A stretch of 64,000 nt of DNA, from the NCBI RefSeq assembly GCF_963921235.1, contig NC_086101.1, positions 1,054,001 through 1,118,000 of the forward strand. The letters are read 5' to 3'. A model generated the notes under the pieces. The model was not told the DNA's origin. It saw nothing but the letters and a program-made list of their open reading frames with translations, and did not search any database. This stretch comes from Mobula hypostoma (Eukaryota). The position numbers and the translations under genes are program-made. This document shows, piece by piece, positions 47,451 to 59,057 of the stretch (position 1 is its first letter; every line of letters starts with the position of its first letter).

Positions 47451-49850
47451 GATGTGGTCCCAAAACCGACCCCTGTGGAACACCACTAGTCACTGGCAGC
47501 CAACCAGACAAGGATCCTTTTATTCTCACTCGTTGCCTTCTTCCAATCAGCCAATGCTCTAAACATGTTAGTAAATTTCCTGTATTACCATGGGCTCTTA
47601 AATTGGTAAGCAGCCTCATGTGTGGCACCTTGTCAAAGGCCTTCTGAAAGTCCAATGACATAGGTTGAAAAAGGGAAGAAGTCCTGAAGCAGAGTACAGG
47701 GAATGAGGAAGGAAGCCTTCCTGCCTGTCCTTTCGTTAGAAGGTATATTCTTTGATGTTAGGCTCCCAACTATGACCTTCTTTCAGCCACGTCTCAATGA
47801 TGCCCACAACATCATACTGACCGATCTCTAAATGTACCACACATTCATCCACCTTATCCTGAATGCTACACGCATTGAGGTACAGCATCTTCAGTCCTGC
47901 ATACTTTATCCGTTTGAATTTTACCACTGTGTCACAATTTAACTCTTTGCTCTGTCTGCTTTTGTACCCAATCACTGGCTGGCCCTTCTTTACATTTGTG
48001 TTACACCCAGCATCTACTTGTAAACCTGCTGGCTCATCCTCAGCTCTATCATCCCGGTTCCCATCCCTCTGCCAGATTAGTGTAAACCACTCCCAACGGC
48101 TCTCATAAACCTGCCTGCAAAAATATTGGTCCTCTCACATTCAAGTGCAATCCATCCCTTCTGTATATTTCCTACCTGTCCCAGAAGAGGTTCCAATGAT
48201 CAAGAAATCTGAAATCCTGCCCCGTACTCCAATTCTTCACTGCATTTATCTGCCATCTCATTCCATTCGTATCCTCACTACTGTGGCACAGGCAGCAATC
48301 CTGAGGTTACTACCTTTGAGATCCTACCTCTCAGCTTACTTCCTCACTCCCTGTAACCTGCTTTCAGGACTTCTTCCCTTTTAAGACCCTAAGACATAGG
48401 GGCAGAAGCAGGCCATTTGGTCCATCAAGTCTGCTCCACCATTCAATCATGGGATGATCCAATTCTTGCAGTCATCCCCTACTCCCCTGCCTTCTCCCCA
48501 TACCCTTTGATACCCTGGCTAATGAAGAACCTATCTATCTCTGCCTTAAATGCACCCTATGACTTGGCCTCCACAGCGGCTCATGGCAACAAACTCCACA
48601 GATTTACCACCCTCTGACTAAAGTAATTTTTCTGCGTTTAAATGGATACACTTCAATCCTGAAGTCGTGCCCTCTTGTCCTAGATTCCTTTACCATGGGA
48701 AATAACTTTGCCATATCTAAGCAACACACATAAAAGTTGCTGGTGAACGCAGCAGGCCAGGCAGCATCTCTAGGAAGAGGTGCAGTCGACGTTTCAGGCC
48801 GAGACCCTTTGTCAGGACTAACTGAAGGGTCTCGGCCTGAAACGTTGACTGCACCTCTTCCTAGAGATGCTGCCTGGCCTGCTGTGTTCACCAGCAACTT
48901 TTATGTGTGTTGCTTGAATTTCCAGCATCTGCAGAATTCCTGTTGTTTACCATATCTAATCTGTTCAGGCCTTTTAACATTCGGAATGTTTCTATGAGAT
49001 ACCCCCTTATTACCCTGAACTCCAGGGAATACAGCCAAAGAGCTACTAGACGGTCCTTATACGGTAACCCTTTCATTCCTGGAATCATTCTTGTGAATCT
49101 TCTCTGAATCCTCTCCAATGTCAGTATATCCTTTCTAAAATAAGGAGCCCAAACTGCACACAATACTCCAAGTGTGGGCTCACGAGTGCCTTATAGAGCC
49201 TCAACATCGCATTCCTGCTCTTATATTCTATACCTCTAGAAATGAATGCCAACATAGCATTCGCCTTCTTCACAACTGACTCAACCTGGAGGTTAACCTT
49301 TAGGGTATCCTGCACAAGGACTCCCAAGTCCCTTTGCATTTCTGCATTTTGAATTCTCTCCCCATCTAAATAATAGTCTGCCTGTTTATTTCTTCCACCA
49401 AAGTGCATGACCATACACTTTCCAATATTGTATTTCATTTGCCACTTCTTTGCCCATTCCCCTAAACTATCTCAGTCTCTCTGCAGGCTCTCTGTTTCCT
49501 CAATACTACCCACTCCTCCACCTATCTTTGTATCATCGGCAAGTTTAGCCACAAATCCATTAGTCCCATTAATCTAAATCATTGACAAGCATCGTAAAAA
49601 ACAGTGGTCCCAACACGGACCCCTGTGGAACTCCACTGGTAACAGGCAGCCAGCCAGACTAGGATCCCTTTATTCGCACTCTCTGTTGGCCGCCGATCAG
49701 CCAACGCTCCACCATGCAAGCAGCTCCCCTGTAACTCCTTGGGCTGTTAGTTTGCTAAGCAGCCTCACGTGTGGCACCTTGCCAAAGGCCTTCTGAAAAT
49801 CTAAGTATACCACATCTACTGCATTTCCTTTGTTTACTCCGCTTGTAATT
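47451..49850 (-). mobile_element. Cluster of CR1 fragments (RT 47451-47660, APE/ORF1 ~47730-48380, RT + 3' UTR 48383-49850)
   Basis: [22 protein letters not shown] and HLEYCVQF motifs; (AAGACC)n tail at ~48383-48398. Confidence 0.85.
48721..48949. mobile_element. Palindromic Penelope terminal-repeat mini-insertion
   Basis: ~90-bp near-perfect inverted arms matching 8337-8440; 10-bp TSD CCATATCTAA (48711-48720, 48950-48959) in a CR1 host. Confidence 0.9.
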
Positions 49851-51402
49851 TAGAAACAAAAAAACTACAGCACCATACAGGCCCTTCAGCCCACAATGCT
49901 GTGCCAAACATGTACTTACTTTAGAAATTACCAAGGGTTACCCATAGCCCTCTATTTTTCTAAGCTCCATGTACCTATCCAGGAGTCTCTTAAAAGACCC
50001 TATCGTATCCACCTCCACCACCGTCGCTGGCAGCCCATTCCATGCACTCTCCACTCTCTGTGTAAAAAAAACTTACCCCTGACATCTCCTCTGTACACTT
50101 CCAAGCACCTTAAAACTGTGCCCTCTCGTGTTAGCCATTCCAGCGCTGGGAAAAAACCTCTGATTATCCACATGATCAATGCCTCTCATCATCTTGTACA
50201 CCTCTATCAGATCACCTCTCATCCCCCGTCGCTCCAAACAGAAAAGGCTGAGTTCACTCAACCTGCTTTCATAAGGCATGCTCCCCAATCCAGGCAACAT
50301 CCTTGTAAATCTTCTCTGCACCCTTTCTATGGTCTTAACATCGTTTCTGTAATGAGGTGACCAGAACTGAGCACAGTACTCCAAGTGGGGCCTGACCAGG
50401 GTCCTATAAAGTTGTAACATTACCTCTCGGCTCTTAAACTCAACCCACAATTGACGAAGGCCAATGCACTGTATGCCTTCTTAACCACAGAGTCAACCTG
50501 CACAGCAGCTTTGAGTGTCCCAAGATCCCTCTGATCCTCCACACTGCCAAGAGTCTCACCATTCTACATTCTGCCATCATATTTGACCTATCAAAATGAA
50601 CCACCTCAGACTTATCTGGGTTGACCTCCATCTGCTATTGCTCAGACTAGTTTTGCACCCTATCGATGTCCTGCTGTAAACTCTGACAGCCCTCCACACT
50701 ATCCACAACACCCCCAACAACAGCAAATTTACTAACCCATCCCTCCAGTTCCTCATCTAGGTCATTTATAAAAATCTTGAAGAGAAGGAGTCCCAGAACA
50801 GATCGTGGAGGCACTGCACTGGTGACCGAACTCCATGCAGAATACGATCTGTCTACAACCACTCTTTGCCTCCTCTGATTAAGCCAATTCTGGATCCACA
50901 AAGCAAGGTCTCCTTGGATCCCATGCCTCCTTACTTTCTCAATCAGCCTGTCATGGGGTACCTTATCAAATGCCTTGCTGAAATTCATATACACTACATC
51001 CACTGCTCTTCCTTCATCAATGTGTTTAGTCACATCCTCAAAAAATTCAATCAGGCTTGTAAGGCACGACCTGCCCTTGACAAAGATATGCTGACTATTC
51101 CTAATCATATTATGCCTCTCCAAATGTTCATAAATCCTGCCTCTCAGAATCTTTACCATGTACAGTCCAAATACTGAAGTAAAACTCACTGGATTTTAAT
51201 TTCCTGGGCTATCTCCACTCCCTTTCTTGAATAAGGGAAAAACATCTGCAGCCCTCCAATTCTCCAGAAACTCTCCCGTCCCCATTGATGATGCAAAGAT
51301 CATTGCCAGAGGCTCAGCAATATCTCCCTCGCCTCCCACATTAGCCTGCCGTACATCTCTTCTGGTCCCAGAGGCTTATCTAAATTGATGCTTTCCAAAA
51401 GC

Positions 51403-52025
51403 AGTGAAGAAGGCTAATGGAATGTTGGCCTTTATTACAAAGGGAATGGAGTACAAGAGCAAGGAAATCCTTTTGCATTTGTATAGGGCCCTGGTGAGAC
51501 CACACCTGGAGTATTGTGTGCAGTTTTGGTCTCCAGGGTTAAGGAAGGACATCCTGGTGTGGAGGAGGTGCAGCATAGGTTCACTAGGTTAATTCCTGGG
51601 ATGTCCGGACTGTCTTACGCAGAGAGGTTAGAGAGACTGGGCTTGTACACACTGGAATTAAGGAGATTGAGGGGGGATCTGATTGAGACATATAAGATTA
51701 TTAAGGGATTGGACAAGATAGAGGCAGGAAATATGTTCCAGATGCTGGGAGAGTCCAGTACCAGAGGGCATGGTTTAAGAATAAGGGGTAGGTCATTTAG
51801 GACAGAGTTGAGGAGGAACTTCTTCTCCCAGAGAGTTGTGGAGGCCAATTCTCTGGATGCTTTCAAGAAGGAGCTAGATAGGTACCTTATGGATAGGGGA
51901 ATCAAGGGTTATGGGGACAAGGCAGGAACCAGGTATTGATAGTAGATGATCAGCCATGATCTCAGAATGGCGGTGCAGGCTCAAAGGGCCGAATGGTCTA
52001 CTTCTGCACCTATTGTCTATTGTCT
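51403..52025 (+). mobile_element. CR1 3' fragment with (CTATTGT)n tail
   Basis: RT C-terminus; flanked by AAAAGC at 51397-51402 and 52026-52031. Confidence 0.9.
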
Positions 52026-53936
52026 AAAAGCTCTTTCTTCATGTCTATATGCTCAAGCTTTTCAATCAGCTGTAAGTCATCCCTACAATTGCCAAGATCC
52101 TTTTCTGTAGTGAATACTGAAGCAAAATATTCATTAAGTACCTCAGCTATCTCCTTCGGTTTCATACACATTTTAACACTGTCACACTTGATTGGCCCTA
52201 TTCTCTCATGTCTTATCCTCTTGCTCTTCACGTACTTGTAGAATGCCGTGGAGTTTGCTTTATTCCTGCTTGCCAAGGCCTTCTCATGGTCCATTCTGTC
52301 TCTCCTAATTTCAGTCTTCAGCTCCTTCCTGCTAAACTTATAATCTCCTGGATCTCTATCATTACTTAGTTTTTTGAACCTTTCGTAAGCTTTTGTTTTC
52401 TTCTTGACTGAATTTTCAACTGCCTTTGTACACCACAGTTCCTGTACCCTACTATCCTTTCCCTGTCTCATGAGAACATACCTGTGCAGAATGCCACGCA
52501 AATATCCCCTGAACATTAGCCACATTTTTGCCTCACATTTCCCTGAGAACTTCAGTTCCCAATTTATGCTTCCAGTTTCCTGCCTGATAGCTTCATATTT
52601 CCCTTACTCCAAATAAACGCTTTCCTAACTCATCTGTTCCTATCCCTCTCCAATGTGAGAGTAAAGGAGATAGAATTGTGATCACTATCTCCAAAATGCT
52701 CTCCCACTGAGAGATCTGACACCTGACCAGGTTCATTTCCCAATACCAGATCAAGTACAGCCTCTCCTCTTGTAGGCTTACCTACGTAATGTGCCAGGAA
52801 ACCTTCCTGAACACACCTAACAAACTCCATCCCATCTAAACCCCTCACTCTGGGAGAAGCCAATCAATATTTGTAAAATTAAAATCTCCCACCATGACAA
52901 CAGTGTTATTATTACACCTTTCCAGAATCTGTCTCCCTATCTGTTTCTCGATGTCTCTGTTACTATCAGGTGGTCAATAAAAAACACCCAGTAGAGTTAT
53001 TGACCCCTTCCTGTTTCCAACTTTCACCCACAGAGACTCCGTAGACAATCCCTCCATGGCATCCACCTTTTCTGCAGCCGTGACACTATCTCTGATCGAC
53101 AATGCCATGCCCCCACCTCTTTTGCCTCCCTCCCTGTCCTTTCTGAAACATCTAAAGCTGGCACTCAAAGTAACCATTCCTGCCCCTGAGCCATCCAAGT
53201 CTCTGTAATGGCCACAACATCATAGCTCCAAGTACTGATCCACGCTCTAAGCTCATCCGCTTTGTTCATGATGCTTCTAAAATAGATACATCTCAAACCA
53301 TTGGTCTGAGCATATCCCTTCCTTATCACCTGCCTATCCTCCCTCTCACACTGTCTCCAAGCTTTGTCCATATGTGAGCTTTCCTCTGTCTCTTCAGTTC
53401 AGTTCCCAACCCCCAGCAATTCTAGTTTAAACTCTCCCCAATAGCCTTAGCAAACCTCCCCGCTAGGATATTGGACCCCTGCGAATCAAGTGTAACCCGT
53501 CCTTTTTGTACAGGTGACGCCTGCCCCAAAAGAGGTCCCAATGATCCAGAAACCTGAATCCCTGCCCCCTGCTCCAGTCCCTCAGCCACACATTTATCCT
53601 CCACCTCACTCCATTCCTAGACTCACCGTTGCGTAGCACAGGCAGTAATCCCAAGATTACTACCTTTGAGGTCCTGCTTCTCAACTTTCTTCCGAACTCC
53701 CTATTGTCTGTTTTCAGGACCTCCTCCCTTTTCCTACCTATGTCGTTGGTAACAATATGTACTACGACCTCTGGCTGTTCACTTTCCCACTTCAGGATAT
53801 CGTGGACGCAATCAGAAACATCCCAGACCCTGGCACCTGGGAGGCAAACTACCATCCGTGCTTCTTTCCTGCATCCACAGAATCGCCTGACTGACCCCCT
53901 AACTATAGAGTCTCCTATCACTACTGCCTTCTTCCT

Positions 53937-55850
53937 TTAATTAGGAAGGGGAAAAAAGATTATGACAGAAAACTGGCAGGGAACATAAAAACTGACTGTA
54001 AAAGCTTTTACAGATATGTGAAAAGAAAAAGATTGGTTAAGACAAATGTAGGTCCCCTACAGACAGAAACAGGTGAATTGATTATGGGGAGCAAGGACAT
54101 GGCAGACCAATTGAATAACTACTTTGGTTCTGTCTTCACTAAGGAGGACATAAATAATCTTCTGGAAATAGTAGGGACAGAGGGTCCAGTGAGATGGAGG
54201 AACTGAGGGAAATACATGTTAGTAGGGAAGTGGTGTTAGGTAAATTGAAGGGATTAAAGGCAGATAAATCCCCAGGGCCAGATGGTCTGCATCCCAGAGT
54301 GCTTAAGGAAGTAGCCCAAGAAATAGTGGATGCATTAGTGATAATTTTTCAAAACTCTTTAGATTCTGGACTAGTTCCTGAGGATTGGAGGGTGGCTAAT
54401 GTAACCCCACTTTTTAAAAAAGGAGGGAGAGAGAAACCAGGGAATTATAGACCGGTTAGCCTAACATCGGTGGTGGGGAAACTGCTGGAGTCAGTTATCA
54501 AAGATGTGATAACAGCACATTTGGAAAGTGGTGATATCATCGGACAAAGTCAGCATGGATTTGTGAAAGGAAAATCATGTCTGACGAATCTCATAGGATT
54601 TTTTTGAGGATGTAACTAGTAGAGTGGATAGGGGAGAACCAGTGGATGTGGTATATTTGGATTTTCAAAAGGCTTTTGACAAGGTCCCACACAGGAGATT
54701 AGTGTGCAAACTTAAAGCACACGGTATTGGGGGTAAGGTATTGATGTGGATAGAGAATTGGTTGGCAGACAGGAAGCAAAGAGTGGGAATAAACGGGACC
54801 TTTTCAGAATGGCAGGCAGTGACTAGTGGGGTACCGCAAGGCTCAGTGCTGGGACCCCAGTTGTTTATAATATATATTAATGACTTGGATGAGGGAATTA
54901 AATGCAGCATCTCCAAGTTTGCGGATGACACGAAGCTGGGTGGCAGTGTTAGCAGTGAGGAGGATGCTAAGAGGATGCAGGGTGACTTGGATAGGTTGGG
55001 TGAGTGGGCAAATTCATGGCAGATGCAATTTAATGTGGATAAATGTGAAGTTATCCACTTTGGTGGCAAAAACAGGAAAACAGATTATTATCTGAATGGT
55101 GGCCGATTAGGAAAAGGGGAGGTGCAACGAGACCTGGGTGTCATTATACACCAGTCATTGAAAGTGGGCATGCAGGTACAGCAGGCGGTGAAAAAGGCGA
55201 ATGGTATGCTGGCATTTATAGCGAGCGGATTTGAGTACAGGAGCAGGGAGGTACTACTGCAGTTGTACAAGGCCTTGGTGAGACCACACCTGGAGTATTG
55301 TGTGCAGTTTTGGTCCCCTAATCTGAGGAAAGACATCTTTGCCATTGAGGGAGTACAAAGAAGGTTCACCCGATTGATTCCTGGGATGGCAGGACTTTCA
55401 TATGAAGAAAGACTGGATCAACTAGGCTTATCCTCGTTGGAATTTAGAAGATTGAGGGGGGATCTGATTGAAACGTATAAAATCCTAAAGGGATTGGACA
55501 GGCTAGATGCAGGAAGATTGTTCCCGATGTTGGGGAAGTCCAGAACGAGGGGTCACAGTTTGAGGATAAAGGGGAAGCCTTTTAGGACTGAGATTAGGAA
55601 AAACTTCTTCACACAGAGAGTGGTGAATCTGTGGAATTCTCTGCCACAGGAAACAGTTGAGGCCAGTTCATTGGCTATATTTAAGAGCGAGTTAGATATG
55701 GCCCTTGTGGCTAAAGGGATCAGGGGGTATGGAGGGAAGGCTGGTGCAGGGTTCTGAGTTGGATGATCAGCCATGATAATACTGAATGGCGGTGCAGGCT
55801 CGAAGGGCCGAATGGCCTACTCCTGCACCTATTTTCTATGTTTCTATGTT
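53937..55850 (+). mobile_element. Young 5'-truncated CR1 LINE (family B)
   Basis: ORFs 54018-54206, 54194-54607 and 54624-55757 are near-identical to 30369-32086. Confidence 0.95.
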
Positions 55851-56040
55851 TTCCCCATCCTTCTGAGCCACAGGACCAGACACGGTGCCAGAGGCACGGC
55901 CACTGCTGCTTCCCCCAGGTCGGCCATCCCCCCACAAGAGTACTCAAGGAGCAGTATTTATTTTTAAGTGGGATATTGACTCTAGTATCTGATTCTTGCC
56001 CTTCCCTCTCCTGACTGTTACCCACTTATCTGTCCCCCAA

Positions 56041-57206
56041 GGCCACCACCATTGCTGGCAGCCAATGCATGCACTCACCACTCTCTGTATGAAATGGGAA
56101 GGTGAAGTTACCCCTGACATCTCCTCTGTACCTACTCCAAGCACTTTAAAACTGTGCCCGCTTGTGTTAGCCATTTCAGCCCTGGGAAAAAGCCTCTGAC
56201 TACCCACACGATCAATGTCTCTCATCATCTTATACACCTCTATCAGGTCACCCCTCATCCTCTGTCGCTCCAAGGAGACAAGGCCGATTTCACTCAACCT
56301 ATTCTCACAAGCCATGCTCCCCAATCCAGGCAACATCCTTGTAAACCTCCTCTGCACAGCCAGACATCGATAGGATACAAAACTGGGCTGAGAAGTGACA
56401 AATGGAGTTCAACCCAGTTAAGTGTGAGGTGTTTCACTTTGGTAGGTCAAATATGATTGCAGAATGTAGTACTATTGGTCAGACTCTTGGCAGTGTGGAG
56501 GATCAGAGGAATCTTGGGGTCCGAGTCCATAGGACACTCAAAGCTGCTGTGCAGGTTGACTCTGTGGTTAAGAAGGCATACGGTGCATTGGCCTTCATCA
56601 ATCGTGGAACTGAGTTTAAGAGCCGAGAGGTAATGTTGTGGTTATATAGGACCCTGGTCAGACCACACTTGGAGTACTGTGCTCAGTTCTGGTCGCCTCA
56701 CTACAGGAAGGATGTGGAAGCCATAGAAAGGGTGCAGAGGAGATTTACAAGGATGTTACCTGGATTGGGGAGCATGCCTTATGAGAATAGGTTGAGTGAA
56801 CTCGGCCTTTTCTCCTTGGAGCAACGGAGGATGAGAGGTGACCTGATAGAGGTGTATAAGATGATGAGAGGCATTGATCATGTGGATAGTCAGAGGCTTT
56901 TTCCCAGGGCTGAAATGGTTGTCACAAGAGGACACAGGTTTAAGGTGCTGGGGAGAAGATACAGAGGAGATGTCAGGGGTAAGTTTTTTACACAGAGGGT
57001 GGTGAGTGTGTGGAATGGGCTGCCAGTGACGGTGGTGGAGGTGGATACGATAGGGTCTTTTAATGGACTCTTGGTTAGGTATATGGAGTTTAGAAAAATA
57101 GAGGGCTGTGGGTAACCCTGGGTAATTTCTAAAGCAAGGACATGTTTGGCATAGCATGGTGGGCCGAATTGTCGATATTGTGCTGTAGGTTTTCTGTGTT
57201 TCTATC
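56041..57206. mobile_element. Two CR1 family-A 3' fragments in opposite orientation (- 56041-56357, + 56360-57206)
   Basis: ORF 56402-57115 is the RT C-terminus; 56041-56357 is a diverged reverse-complement copy of part of it. Confidence 0.85.
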
Positions 57207-57534
57207 TGCATAATCACAACCTCCAACACTGACTTGTAGCTCATTTTAAGAGGCTGGTCTGACATGAAGACTTAATCACATTTAGTTCTGTGTTCTGTGT
57301 TTCGAGCACAATAATTGAGTTATCATGGTTTTTCTTAAACATAAAATGCTTCACACCGTTCTGTTTGTGAAAACCTACAGGAAGACTGTCTGTACAAAGG
57401 AATTAACACATTCGTAACACAATCCAGTCTATGGTCTGGGCCAAACCAAAGGCACTTCCGTTACTTCTCACATCCTCTTGCAATTAAACTGTTTCGAGCT
57501 GATGCTGCTCCCCAGCACAAAACCGTGACCGCAG

Positions 57535-57990
57535 GTGGGGAGGGGAGTGGGTAGAATAAAGAGAAAGGCAGAGGAGAGGTAGCAAGTAGTTAGGGATGAA
57601 GTGAAAGAGCAGAGTGAGGGGAGGGGATGAGGAAAAGGTGAGAGAGAGAGAGGCAGTGAGAGAATGGGAGAGAGAAATGGAGAGAGAGAGTGTGAGAGGG
57701 AGAGATGGAGAACATAAGATATAGGAGCAGGAGTAGGCCATCTGCCCATCAAGCCTGCTCTTCTGTTCAATGGGATCATGGCTGATGAAAGAGCGGGACA
57801 GCGTGAGAGAGAGAGGGGCAGGAGAGAGAGAGTGCGATTGGATAAGGGATGATAAATGACTACATACAGTAGGGAAGTGAGTATGATTGTGAAGTGTGAA
57901 GGAAGAGAGTTGGAGAGAGAGGAAGGGAAGAAGAGGTATGGGAAATACTATCAACAGAGTAAGAAAGAGGCAGGAAGAAAGGGAGGACAA
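57535..57990. repeat. GA-rich low-complexity tract with a small CR1 tail fragment (~57710-57787)
   Basis: Purine-rich (GA)n-like runs on the + strand. Confidence 0.8.
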
Positions 57991-58162
57991 TTGCTATGGG
58001 TCCCGGACAGAACATACTTTGAGCTTGTCCACGCCCTGTAGTGAAGTGACAGCAACAGTCTCGCACACTGCCCACAGCTGTGGATTTCCTCAGAGCAACC
58101 CAGGTCTGCCTGATAACGTTCACCCACTGCTATTTCACATTGAGATTGTTGGAAGCTACAGC

Positions 58163-58208
58163 ATGAGGCTGCTGCTAATCACAGCAGTGTTGCTCATTTT
58201 TCTAACAG
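58163..58208 (+). CDS. Probable signal-peptide first coding exon (MRLLLITAVLLIFLT + G) of an unidentified secreted or membrane protein
   Basis: ATG with A at -3, basic residue then hydrophobic core, 46-nt phase-1 exon and a perfect AG|GTAAGT donor, in a non-repeat island. No downstream exon recognised in the window. Confidence 0.65.
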
Positions 58209-58629
58209 GTAAGTGGGCTTTGAGATTTTTTAGCTTGCAGGAGGGCGAGTTACTTTTAATGTAAAGTGGACAGTGAACTTCGCTCAAGTTCTGTACACAT
58301 CCATGAGGAACTCTGAATCCGAGTCAACGCACAATGGGAGGGTGTTTGTTGGGACAGGGAAACGCTGTTTGTCAGAATGGAGGCTGCTTACTGGAGGTGT
58401 GCCACAGGGCTGGATGTTAGATTCCTGTTACTTGCTGTCTATATAAAAGAGTAGGATGCAAATATTGCATTGTTAAAGAGGGACAAAATCATGAAGGGTG
58501 ATGAATATAGCACTGAAGGTGTTATATTTGAATGCACACAGTACACATAGGAAGGTAGATGAACTTGTAGCACAGACACAAATTGGCATGTATGACATTG
58601 TGCTCATCACTGAATCGTGGCTGAAAGAA

Positions 58630-59051
58630 CATAAAACATAGAATAGTACAGCACATTACAGGACCTTCGGCCCACAATGTTGTGCCAACCCTCAAACCCT
58701 GCCTCCCATATAATCCCCCACCTTAAATTCCACCATATACTTGCCTAGTAGTCTCTTAAACTTCACTAGTGTATCTGCCTCCACCACTGACTCAGGCAGT
58801 GCATTCCACACACCAACCACTCTCTGAGTAAAAAACCTTCCTCTAATATCCCCCTTGAACTTCCCACCCCTTACCTTAAAGCCATGTCCTCTTGTATTGA
58901 GCAGTGGTGCCCTGGGGAAAAGGCGCTGGCTATCCACTCTATCTATTCCTCTTGTTATCTTGTACACCTCTATCATGTCTCCTCTCATCCTCCTTCTCTC
59001 CCATCCTCCTTCTCTCCAAAGAGTAAAGCCCCAGCTCCCTTAATCTCTGAT
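58630..59051 (-). mobile_element. CR1 3'-end insertion (same family as 1-4128) inside an older CR1 APE region
   Basis: Flanked by AAAGAA (58624-58629, 59052-59057); host APE sequence is continuous across it. Confidence 0.88.
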
Positions 59052-59057
59052 AAAGAA

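Larger units (their letters stand above)
49851..56037 (-). mobile_element. Nearly full-length CR1 LINE (family A) hosting two younger CR1 insertions
   Basis: 3' tail at 49851, RT 50073-51390, linker 52026-52620, APE 52630-53300, ORF1 esterase 53463-53921 and upstream ORF1 55851-56037, all collinear. Confidence 0.9.

Noticed and set aside
56041..57206. Single CR1 with a twin-primed 5' inversion
   Set aside because: The inverted part overlaps the same consensus interval as the forward part and differs from it at many sites, so these are two separate copies.
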